Source: Candidatus Delongbacteria bacterium
GTDB lineage: Bacteria; UBA4055
DNA length: 64,000 nt
Assembly: GCA_016937995.1 (NCBI GenBank)
Contig: JAFGVM010000064.1
Location: forward strand, 27,636 to 91,635
Reading direction: 5' to 3'
The notes beneath the pieces were generated by a model. It was not told the origin of the DNA, did not search any database, and saw nothing but the letters and a program-made list of their open reading frames with translations. The translations under genes and the position numbers were made by a program. This document shows, piece by piece, positions 44,766 to 52,452 of this stretch. Each line of letters opens with the position of its first letter. The first letter of the stretch is position 1.

Positions 44766-45381
44766 ATTACAGAATTTTACTAAAGGGTTCTTCAAAGAGA
44801 ATCCTGTGCTTGTACTGGCTCTTGGTCTTTGTCCGTCTTTGGCTGTTACAACTTCAATTGAGAATGGCCTGGGTATGGGAATGGCATCAACTGCAGTTCT
44901 TGTAGGATCAAGTACACTGGTGTCAATGCTGAAGAAGTATATTCCAGGAAGTATAAGAATACCTATATTTATCGTAATAATTGCAACATTCGTAACATTG
45001 ATAGATTTAACACTTCAGGCTTTTATTCCCTCATTGAGTGAGTCACTAGGTCTGTTCATCCCTCTTATAGTTGTAAATTGTATTATTCTGGGAAGAGCTG
45101 AGGCATTTGCTTCAAAGAAAAGTGTTCTGGACTCGATCATTGATGCTATAGGAATGGGTATAGGTTTCACAATAGCACTTGTGCTTATCAGTGCTGTAAG
45201 AGAGTTTGCCGGAACAGGAGCTCTTTACGGATATCCTTTATTCCAGTTAATGGGAATTGAAGGTTTTAAGGGTTCTATTCTGATGATACTGCCTCCGGGA
45301 GGTTTTTTGACAATGGGATTGATCCTAGGTTTCATGCAGTGGAATAAAGTTAGAAAAGCAAAAAATACGGGAGGTAAATAA
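44758..45381 (+). CDS. rnfE: Rnf complex subunit E
   Basis: A NqrD/RnfE-type 6-TM protein (LALGLCPSLAVTTS, LGLFIPLIVVNCIILGRAEAFA). Confidence 0.8.
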   Translation: MNKLQNFTKGFFKENPVLVLALGLCPSLAVTTSIENGLGMGMASTAVLVGSSTLVSMLKKYIPGSIRIPIFIVIIATFVTLIDLTLQAFIPSLSESLGLFIPLIVVNCIILGRAEAFASKKSVLDSIIDAIGMGIGFTIALVLISAVREFAGTGALYGYPLFQLMGIEGFKGSILMILPPGGFLTMGLILGFMQWNKVRKAKNTGGK

Positions 45382-45986
45382 TGGATTTTTCACATCTCGT
45401 GGTCATAGCTGTATCGTCTATATTTATAAACAATTTCGTTCTGGGTAGATTTTTGGGTATCTGTCCATTCATTGGTGTATCAAAGAAAATTGACAGTGCT
45501 CTTGGAATGGGAATGGCGGTAATATTTGTTATGACTCTGGCATCAGTAGTTACTTATCTTATTCAGACTTTTGTACTTGTAAGGTTTGAACTTCAGTACC
45601 TGCAAACTATAGCGTTTATCCTGGTTATTGCTTCTCTTGTCCAATTCATAGAAATGTTCATGAAGAAAAATATGCCAGCTCTATATCAGTCTTTAGGTGT
45701 ATTTCTTCCTTTGATCACTACAAATTGTGCAGTACTGGGTGTGGCTATTCTTAATATAGATGCTACCTGGGCTGACGGCTCTCACTATAACTTTATTGAA
45801 TCAACCTGGAACGGATTCACAGCAGGAATCGGATTTACAATAGCATTGTTGCTTATGGCAGGTATCAGAGAAAGATTAGAGCTTGCAGATATTCCTGAAA
45901 GTATGAAGGGAACACCTATTACTTTTATATCAGCAAGTCTTATAGCAATGGCTTTTCTGGGATTCAGCGGAATGAGTATTATGTAA
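45381..45986 (+). CDS. rnfA: Rnf complex subunit A
   Basis: A NqrE/RnfA-type 6-TM protein (LGICPFIGVSKKIDSALGMG, LGVFLPLITTNCAVLG). Confidence 0.8.
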   Translation: MDFSHLVVIAVSSIFINNFVLGRFLGICPFIGVSKKIDSALGMGMAVIFVMTLASVVTYLIQTFVLVRFELQYLQTIAFILVIASLVQFIEMFMKKNMPALYQSLGVFLPLITTNCAVLGVAILNIDATWADGSHYNFIESTWNGFTAGIGFTIALLLMAGIRERLELADIPESMKGTPITFISASLIAMAFLGFSGMSIM

Positions 45987-46072
45987 ATGAGTGATTAGTG
46001 GTTAGTGGCTTGTTTCTGAATAATTCTAACTACTAAATTCTAAATTAAACGATTTTTATTGGAGATAAATAA

Positions 46073-47020
46073 ATGGATACAACTCAAATAATAACTGCTT
46101 TTTTATCGGTCGGACTGATCGGAGCTATTCTGGGAGCTGTTCTCGCTTATGCCTCTAAAGTATTCCATGTTGAGGTTGATCCCAAAGTTGAGAAAATTGC
46201 TGAAATATTACCACAGGCTAATTGTGGAGCATGTGGTTATCCCGGATGTTCAGGTTATGCTGATGCAGTGGTCACTAAAGGAACTGATATTACTCTATGT
46301 TCACCAGGGGGACAAGATGTTATTGATCAAATAGCATCAATTATGGGAGTAGAAGCAACTGCTGGAAAAGCAATGGTTGCGTATTGTGCTTGTAACGGTA
46401 CAAAAGAAAACGCAAAAGACAGATTTGAATATTACGGACCTGAAAAATGTAGTAGTGCTGTATTTGTTTCGGGTGGACATAAAGCTTGTGATTATGGATG
46501 TTTAGGTTTCGGAGAATGCGTAGAAGCCTGTACATTCGGAGCTATGTATATGGATGAAAAAACAGGCTTACCTGTTGTCATAGATGAAAAATGTGTTGGT
46601 TGTGGAGCTTGTGTAAGAGCATGTCCTAAAGATGTTATGAAACTTATGCCTAAAGACAGCAAAGTATACATTGCTTGTAATTCAAAAGCTAAAGGTAAAG
46701 AAGTAAGTGATTCATGTAAAGTTGGATGTATCGGTTGTAAGATATGTACTTTACCGAATACTACCCCTTCAGGAGCTGTTAAAATGGAAGGCGATCTTCC
46801 TGTCATTAATTATGAATTACCTGATGATCTTGTTGCAGCTAAATATAAATGTCCTAAATCATGTTTTATTGATAAAGGTGATGCTGAGAAGTCTGCTGAA
46901 GAGATCGCTAAAGAGAAAGCTGACTGGAAAGCTGCTGACGCTGAAAAGACAGCTGCGGCAAAGAAAGCTGCGTTGGAAAAAGCAGAAGCTGCTAAGGCTG
47001 CAAAAGAAGCGGGAATGTAA
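46073..47020 (+). CDS. rnfB: Rnf complex subunit B (ferredoxin-type) with a C-terminal Ala/Lys/Glu-rich low-complexity extension
   Basis: An N-terminal transmembrane helix, a Cys cluster (CGACGYPGCSGYADAV) and multiple 4Fe-4S motifs (CVGCGACVRACP and others). The last roughly 50 aa are EEIAKEKADWKAADAEKTAAAKKAALEKAEAAKAAKEAGM. Confidence 0.8.
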   Translation: MDTTQIITAFLSVGLIGAILGAVLAYASKVFHVEVDPKVEKIAEILPQANCGACGYPGCSGYADAVVTKGTDITLCSPGGQDVIDQIASIMGVEATAGKAMVAYCACNGTKENAKDRFEYYGPEKCSSAVFVSGGHKACDYGCLGFGECVEACTFGAMYMDEKTGLPVVIDEKCVGCGACVRACPKDVMKLMPKDSKVYIACNSKAKGKEVSDSCKVGCIGCKICTLPNTTPSGAVKMEGDLPVINYELPDDLVAAKYKCPKSCFIDKGDAEKSAEEIAKEKADWKAADAEKTAAAKKAALEKAEAAKAAKEAGM

Positions 47021-47056
47021 TTGTATTTTGACAATTAAATTTAAGTCAATAAATGA

Positions 47057-47083
47057 AGGGTGATCGGTTGTCACCCTCTTTTT
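47057..47083 (+). terminator. intrinsic terminator of the rnf operon (AGGGTGA-TCGGTTG-TCACCCT + CTTTTT)
   Basis: A 7-bp stem and T-run about 37 nt after the rnfB stop. It overlaps the stop codon of the convergent gene. Confidence 0.55.
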
Positions 47084-47759
47084 ATTCACCGAGTTTAATC
47101 TTTTCCAGAGTTTCAAATTCAGGTACAGGAGTTGTAATATCAACTTTTACTAAATTTATAAGATCTACATTTATACTACCGAAATTCATATTTCTAATTT
47201 TTTTTACTGCTTTTACAAAGTCACCAACATTATCATTTTTGAAATTCCCTAATGCTATATGCGGGATATAATTTTCAAGGTCTCTTTCTGGATAAGTTAC
47301 AATATTATTTGTTTCACATATTATCCTGTTGAGCTCTTCTAAATTACCATCATCTTCTATCTGGGCAAATAAAACTGAGGGAAATAAATTCAGCATTTTA
47401 ACGTTAGCTTTAAAGTTTTTGATCCAGGTTAATTTTGTTTTCAGGTTAAGAAGAATATCATCAATTTCATTCAAAGTATAATCAGAAGGATCTTCTTCAT
47501 TGCTTATTGCCCCAAGTATTTTTATCGTAACATGAAAATACTCTTTGGGAAAGGGATTGTAGCAATCAAAGATAGAAAGTTTATCATTAATTTTAGTAAG
47601 TTTATCTGTAAATAACGGGTCTTTGATCTTATAGATCAGACCAACACGTCTTTTATCTTTGGCAAAGCTATCTAAACTCCAGGCTCTGCTTTTTGCGATC
47701 AAAGGTTTAAAATTATTCCGGTTTTCCCAGAATTCTTTCAGTTTCTGTTCATTGTTCAT
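47082..47759 (-). CDS. 2H phosphoesterase superfamily protein (LigT/ThpR-like RNA 2',3'-cyclic phosphodiesterase)
   Basis: Two H-x-T/S-x motifs (FHVTIKILG and PHIALGNF) at the spacing typical of the 2H fold, 225 aa. Confidence 0.55.
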   Translation of the reverse strand: MNNEQKLKEFWENRNNFKPLIAKSRAWSLDSFAKDKRRVGLIYKIKDPLFTDKLTKINDKLSIFDCYNPFPKEYFHVTIKILGAISNEEDPSDYTLNEIDDILLNLKTKLTWIKNFKANVKMLNLFPSVLFAQIEDDGNLEELNRIICETNNIVTYPERDLENYIPHIALGNFKNDNVGDFVKAVKKIRNMNFGSINVDLINLVKVDITTPVPEFETLEKIKLGE

Positions 47760-47909
47760 TTTATTTTATCTTTTTTCAGGTTATAATTCCTTCATTCATA
47801 TTGTAAAGATATGTTTTTCTTGCTCTTTTTCCAATTATTTATATTTTACACTGGATAATTCAATGATATAATGATACAATATTAAAGAGTAACTACAAGA
47901 AGGTATATA

Positions 47910-48527
47910 ATGAATAAAATAATAAAACTTACATTCTCATTCTTTTTTCAAGGTTTGCTGGCTTTGTTACCTTTGATAGTTTCAGCTTATATTATTTTCT
48001 TCTTTTACGGTTTTGTGGAACGGATACTTGATGGTCTTTTTGTATTTGTTCCTGAAGAATTCAGGCAAACTACTCAAATGATAGTAATAATTAAGATCAT
48101 GTCATTCATCGTAATGTTCTGCCTAATAACTCTTCTTGGTTTATTTGTTAAGACTGTGGCAGGTAAACTGCTGCTTTCTCTTATTGATTCATTCTTTATG
48201 TCTATACCAGGGCTTAGACCGGTATATCGAGCTACCAGACAGGTAATTCATTCATTTTCCAGTTCAAAAACATCTTTCTTCTTAAATCCGGTTCTTGTTG
48301 AATATCCGTCAAAAGGTATCTGGACGATTGGTTTTAATACTGGAGTAGTGCCTGACGAATTTAATCCTGAAAAGGAAATAAAACGATTTTCTATTTTTAT
48401 ACCTACTACTCCTAATCCTACAAGCGGATTCTTGATGATAGTTAACAATGATCAGATAAGACCTTTAAAAATGAAGACTGAAAAAGCAATGCAGTTCTTA
48501 TTAACCGGTGGTGTAGTAAAAGATTGA
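47910..48527 (+). CDS. DUF502-family membrane protein
   Basis: N-terminal FFFQGLLALLPLIVSAYIIFF, the conserved P-x-x-x-I/VY (PGLRPVYRAT) block and a GxxxxGFxT-like block (GIWTIGFNTG). Confidence 0.5.
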   Translation: MNKIIKLTFSFFFQGLLALLPLIVSAYIIFFFYGFVERILDGLFVFVPEEFRQTTQMIVIIKIMSFIVMFCLITLLGLFVKTVAGKLLLSLIDSFFMSIPGLRPVYRATRQVIHSFSSSKTSFFLNPVLVEYPSKGIWTIGFNTGVVPDEFNPEKEIKRFSIFIPTTPNPTSGFLMIVNNDQIRPLKMKTEKAMQFLLTGGVVKD

Positions 48528-49441
48528 TATTTCTATTTCTTGCAATATTAAGCAGTGCATCGATAGCAATGATCCTAAAGTTCAGTGAAACAAAGAACTT
48601 TAACCGTTATGCAGTTACAACTATGAATTATGTTGTGGCATTTTCGATCAGTCTTGCATTAAGCCCATTGAGCACTTCAGGGGAACTATCATTCTCTCTT
48701 AGTTCAATGATGAGTGAATTCAGTCTTGTTTCAGCAGATAAATTATCATTATCAGGAAGTTTCACCTGGGCAATTATTACAGGTTTAGCAGGGGGAGTTC
48801 TTTATTTTCTTGGATTTATCTATATTCAGAAGAGTATTAGAATTAACGGTGTTGGTATAACAGGTGCAGTAGGAAAAATAGGTATTCTTATTCCAATGCT
48901 TATTTCTTTATTCTTATGGAAAGAGATACCAAACACTATCCAGACGGCTGGTATTATTCTTGCGATCTCTGCGATCGTTCTAATAAATATTTCATTCAAA
49001 GATATTAAGAATCTGAAAGGTTTTAACTATATTATAGTTCTTTTATTTTTTATTGCAGGTTTTGCTGAATTCTCAAATAAGATATTTGAGAAGTATTCTC
49101 TGCTGGAGCATAGATCGTTCTATTTATTTACAGTGTTCTTTTCAGCATTCTGGATCAGTTTGTTTTTTACAGTAAAAGAGCTTAAGAAAGGTGTTAAGAT
49201 CACGAGGAACGATATTCTTACAGGTTTCCTTGTTGGAATACCGAATATGTTCGCATCATATTTTCTGATAATGTCATTCGAATATTATAAAGCAACAGTT
49301 GCATTTCCCATTTACAGTTCAGGATCTATATTGTTGATCAGTGTTGGTGGAGTAGTTCTTTTTCAGGAAAGATTAAAAAGAAAGGAGTTCGTTGCGATTT
49401 TTATGATCATCACCGCTGTTGTATTGATGAGTATCAGGTAA
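48524..49441 (+). CDS. DMT-superfamily (EamA-like) 10-TM transporter, hypothetical
   Basis: 305 aa with about 10 hydrophobic helices in two halves. It overlaps the upstream stop by 4 nt. Confidence 0.4.
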   Translation: MIFLFLAILSSASIAMILKFSETKNFNRYAVTTMNYVVAFSISLALSPLSTSGELSFSLSSMMSEFSLVSADKLSLSGSFTWAIITGLAGGVLYFLGFIYIQKSIRINGVGITGAVGKIGILIPMLISLFLWKEIPNTIQTAGIILAISAIVLINISFKDIKNLKGFNYIIVLLFFIAGFAEFSNKIFEKYSLLEHRSFYLFTVFFSAFWISLFFTVKELKKGVKITRNDILTGFLVGIPNMFASYFLIMSFEYYKATVAFPIYSSGSILLISVGGVVLFQERLKRKEFVAIFMIITAVVLMSIR

Positions 49442-49581
49442 TGATAAAAAAAATAAAACTTGAAATAAAATAATTTATTCTTTATAATTGAATAGAATAA
49501 TTATTGATGATAACAATTCAATATAATTAAAAAAGCTTGCTTGTTAATAAAAAGATCTGTTTTAAAAAAGAGGAAATTAGA

Positions 49582-50550
49582 ATGAAACACGCACTTATAG
49601 TAATGGGATTTTTGGTAATAATTCTTATAGCATTTTTTTATACAGAAGAACCCGGAATAATAATTGAGGATGATAATGGTGTAATTGATTCAGCAGAAGT
49701 TATAAAACCCCAAACCCAAATTCATAAAAAGAAACCTACACGAAAAAAGATCTCAATGGACATGGTCTTAGTTGATGAAGGAACATTTCAAATGGGTTGT
49801 AATAGTCAGAATGAAGATGAGGAAATTGATGATTTTAAAGCAGAAGCAAGAAAAAGTCATGATTTTGAGTCCGGGAATAATAACAGGGATGATGAAAAGC
49901 CAGTACACGACGTCAGGATCAGTAAATTCTATATAGGTAAGTATGAAGTAACTCAGAAAGAATGGAAATCAGTTATGGGAAAAAATCCCAGTCATCGTAA
50001 AGGTAATAATAATCCTGTTGAAAAGATCAGCTGGTATGATGCTGTGGAATTCTGCAATAGGTTAAGTGCGAAAGACGGTCTGGAAAAATGTTATTCAGGA
50101 GAGGGAGTTACAATACAATGCGATTTTACTGCAAATGGTTATAGATTGCCGACTGAAGCTGAATGGGAATTTGCTGCTAAAGGCGGGGGTCTTATAGGTA
50201 CTAGAACTGATTTTGAATATAGTGGTAGTAATGAGATAGATGAAGTTGCATGGTATCGTGCCAACTCTGCTGTCATCACTCATCCTGTTGGTTCAAAAAA
50301 GCCTAATGAGATCGGAATATATGATATGAGTGGAAATGTATGGGAATGGTGCTGGGACTGGTATGATCAGGAATATTATAAAAACAGTCCTAATAGTAAT
50401 CCTACAGGTCCGGATATGAGCGCTACTAGGGTCATTCGCGGAGGAAGTTGGGGTGGTGGATCTGTGAATTGTTTAGTTGAGAACAGAAGAGGAGAAAATC
50501 CTCATTTTCAAAATAAATTTAACGGTCTGAGAGTTGCTAGAAAGTTTTAA
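49582..50550 (+). CDS. membrane-anchored FGE-sulfatase (SUMF1) domain protein (start moved to the ATG with an AGAGGAAA Shine-Dalgarno)
   Basis: N-terminal transmembrane/signal (MKHALIVMGFLVIILIAFF). FGE blocks YEVTQKEWKSVMG, GYRLPTEAEWEFAAKGG, NVWEWCWDWY and RVIRGGSW. Confidence 0.7.
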   Translation: MKHALIVMGFLVIILIAFFYTEEPGIIIEDDNGVIDSAEVIKPQTQIHKKKPTRKKISMDMVLVDEGTFQMGCNSQNEDEEIDDFKAEARKSHDFESGNNNRDDEKPVHDVRISKFYIGKYEVTQKEWKSVMGKNPSHRKGNNNPVEKISWYDAVEFCNRLSAKDGLEKCYSGEGVTIQCDFTANGYRLPTEAEWEFAAKGGGLIGTRTDFEYSGSNEIDEVAWYRANSAVITHPVGSKKPNEIGIYDMSGNVWEWCWDWYDQEYYKNSPNSNPTGPDMSATRVIRGGSWGGGSVNCLVENRRGENPHFQNKFNGLRVARKF

Positions 50551-50858
50551 ATCTTAACCCATAAGTATTCTTCAAGATCAATTTTACCCTCAGAAATAAA
50601 CTCAATACCTTCGCTTTCAAGAAGTGCGATCTGCTCATGGTACATGTCGATATTTATTCTTTGTATTTCACCTTTGGAGTTCATAACACGATGCCATGGT
50701 AAATTATATTTCCTGCTCATAGAAGATAGAATCCTTACAACCTGCCTTGCACCGAAAGGACTTCCTGCAAGTTTGGAGATCCCACCATATGTTTGAACTT
50801 TTCCCTTAGGAATACTTTTGATTATCTCAATGACTGCTTCAGTGAATTGTGCAGGCAT
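50547..50858 (-). CDS. alkyltransferase-like (ATL) protein: MGMT DNA-binding domain lacking the acceptor Cys (PWHRV instead of PCHRV)
   Basis: 103 aa. The winged-helix of O6-alkylguanine-DNA alkyltransferase (GKVQTYGGISKLAG...ARQV) is present, with active-site motif PWHRV. Confidence 0.6.
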   Translation of the reverse strand: MPAQFTEAVIEIIKSIPKGKVQTYGGISKLAGSPFGARQVVRILSSMSRKYNLPWHRVMNSKGEIQRINIDMYHEQIALLESEGIEFISEGKIDLEEYLWVKI

Positions 50859-50861
50859 AAT

Positions 50862-51266
50862 TTAACCCAGAAGTTCAGATAATTTCCAGACTGCCTGTCC
50901 GACACCTGATTCGACGAATACACCTACTTGAGCCATAAGTGAATTTGCAAAAGCTATCTGAGCTAAAGCATAGTATGCAATAGTGATCTGGCCCAGGCTG
51001 AAGAAACCTATTCCTAGCTGAGATATATTCACGACACCAATTCCAAATTGACCTATAGCTATGATCCCTTTTGCTACAACAGGTGTTCTATTCTTTGAAT
51101 ATTTAAATGAAATATGAAGTAACGGGATACCAAAAAAAGTCATTTTACTTTTGTATTCCCATCCGTATCCATCCCACTTTTCTTTTGCAGGTTTAGGAGC
51201 TCCACAATGCGGACAGATCGGAGCTGATTCAGATACTTCTTTTGAACATTCTCTGCAGGGTTTCAT
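50862..51266 (-). CDS. zinc-ribbon domain protein with C-terminal Gly-rich membrane segment
   Basis: An N-terminal CxxC...CxxC (MKPCRECSKEVSESAPICPHCGAP) and C-terminal hydrophobic GxxxG-rich repeats. Confidence 0.45.
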   Translation of the reverse strand: MKPCRECSKEVSESAPICPHCGAPKPAKEKWDGYGWEYKSKMTFFGIPLLHISFKYSKNRTPVVAKGIIAIGQFGIGVVNISQLGIGFFSLGQITIAYYALAQIAFANSLMAQVGVFVESGVGQAVWKLSELLG

Positions 51267-51290
51267 GTTTTTCTCCGTAAAAAAGTTAGA

Positions 51291-51321
51291 AATTAGAAGT
51301 CAGAGGTTAGAAGTCAGGTCA
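51291..51321. repeat. direct repeats TTAGAAGTCAG(A/G)G x2 in the promoter region of the zinc-ribbon gene; the same CTGACTTCT core is repeated at 21250-21266
   Basis: gttagaaattagaagtcagaggttagaagtcaggtcac lies upstream (minus strand) of the 50862..51266 start. On the minus strand it reads CTGACTTCTAACCTCTGACTTCTAA. Confidence 0.5.
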
Positions 51322-51436
51322 CATTGAGTTAGTTTACTCCGATTTATCGGAGAAATGTTAGGCCTGATTTTTATAACGAAAAGTCTTATACTTCCACTAA
51401 CTCAGTATGACTTTTCTGTCTACTGGTCACTGACCA

Positions 51437-52375
51437 CTAATTTTTATCAATCTGATAAAAAATACCCCGCTCTTGTCTTGTATGTGATATCTTTCCTTCT
51501 GCTTCTAATGTATCGAGATATTTATTAATTTCATTTGCATGTAAACCGAGTATATCTACCATATCTTCCAGTGTACATGGTCTTCTTGATATCGTCTGCA
51601 GTATTGTGGATTCAATATCTTTGCTGAATGATTTAGCGTCTTTTCTTTTTTGGACTTTAGCAATGATCTCAACATTATCGAGCTTCCAGGTATCAACGAT
51701 CTTTTGTAATTCTTCATGGGTAGCTGCTCTTATTCCATCAATTGCACCGGGTCTGTCAAGAGTGTTGAGTTGAACTGAATCAGGTTTTATTTTCAAGACT
51801 GCATCTTTAAGTAAGTCAATATCTTCTTTACTGTCATTATATCCCGGAATAATAAGTATTTCAAGCCAGATAGTACCTTTGAATTCTTTTCTAAATTCTA
51901 TTAAAGAGGATAAATATTCTTCAAGATCAATTGAACTGTTTCCACGGTTTATCCTTTTGAATGATAATTCTGTTGCTGCATCAAAAGATGGCAGAATAAG
52001 ATCCGCTTTCAGTAGTTCATCTCTGACTTTTTTGTCAGGGAACAGAGTTGCATTGGTCAACACTGCAACTTTGGTATCGGGATAATTATCTTTGATAAAT
52101 GAAATAATATCACCGATCTTTAAGTTCAAAGTAGGTTCACCTGAACCTGAGAAAGTAATATAGTCAGGTGCAGAGTTATTTTTCATATAATCTTTCAGTT
52201 CGGTGATGACTTCATCGAATTTGATATATTCTTTTCTTTCAAGGGTCAGATCAGTTGTTTTTCCGCATTCACAGTAGATGCAATTCAGCGAACATACTTT
52301 ATGAGGAACAAGGTCAATGCCTAATGACATTCCAAGTCTTCTTGATGGTACAGGGCCGAAAATGTGTTTATACAT
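51437..52375 (-). CDS. radical SAM enzyme with C-terminal winged-helix-like domain
   Basis: An N-terminal GPVPSRRLGMSLGIDLVPHKVCSLNCIYCECG (CxxxCxxC radical SAM cluster motif). The C-terminal 60 aa (LEDMVDILGLHANEINKYLDTLEAEGKISHTRQ) are wHTH-like. Confidence 0.65.
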   Translation of the reverse strand: MYKHIFGPVPSRRLGMSLGIDLVPHKVCSLNCIYCECGKTTDLTLERKEYIKFDEVITELKDYMKNNSAPDYITFSGSGEPTLNLKIGDIISFIKDNYPDTKVAVLTNATLFPDKKVRDELLKADLILPSFDAATELSFKRINRGNSSIDLEEYLSSLIEFRKEFKGTIWLEILIIPGYNDSKEDIDLLKDAVLKIKPDSVQLNTLDRPGAIDGIRAATHEELQKIVDTWKLDNVEIIAKVQKRKDAKSFSKDIESTILQTISRRPCTLEDMVDILGLHANEINKYLDTLEAEGKISHTRQERGIFYQIDKN

Positions 52376-52452
52376 TAGGTTCTCTTGTTATTTTATTTGA
52401 ATGTAATATAAGATACAGGGAGAGATTTACAAAGTATCTATTTGATCTGCTG

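Noticed and set aside
46707-47143. Several overlapping small ORFs on both strands across the rnfB 3' end
   Set aside because: They are artefacts of the low-complexity GCN/AAR repeat encoding the RnfB Ala/Lys/Glu tail.
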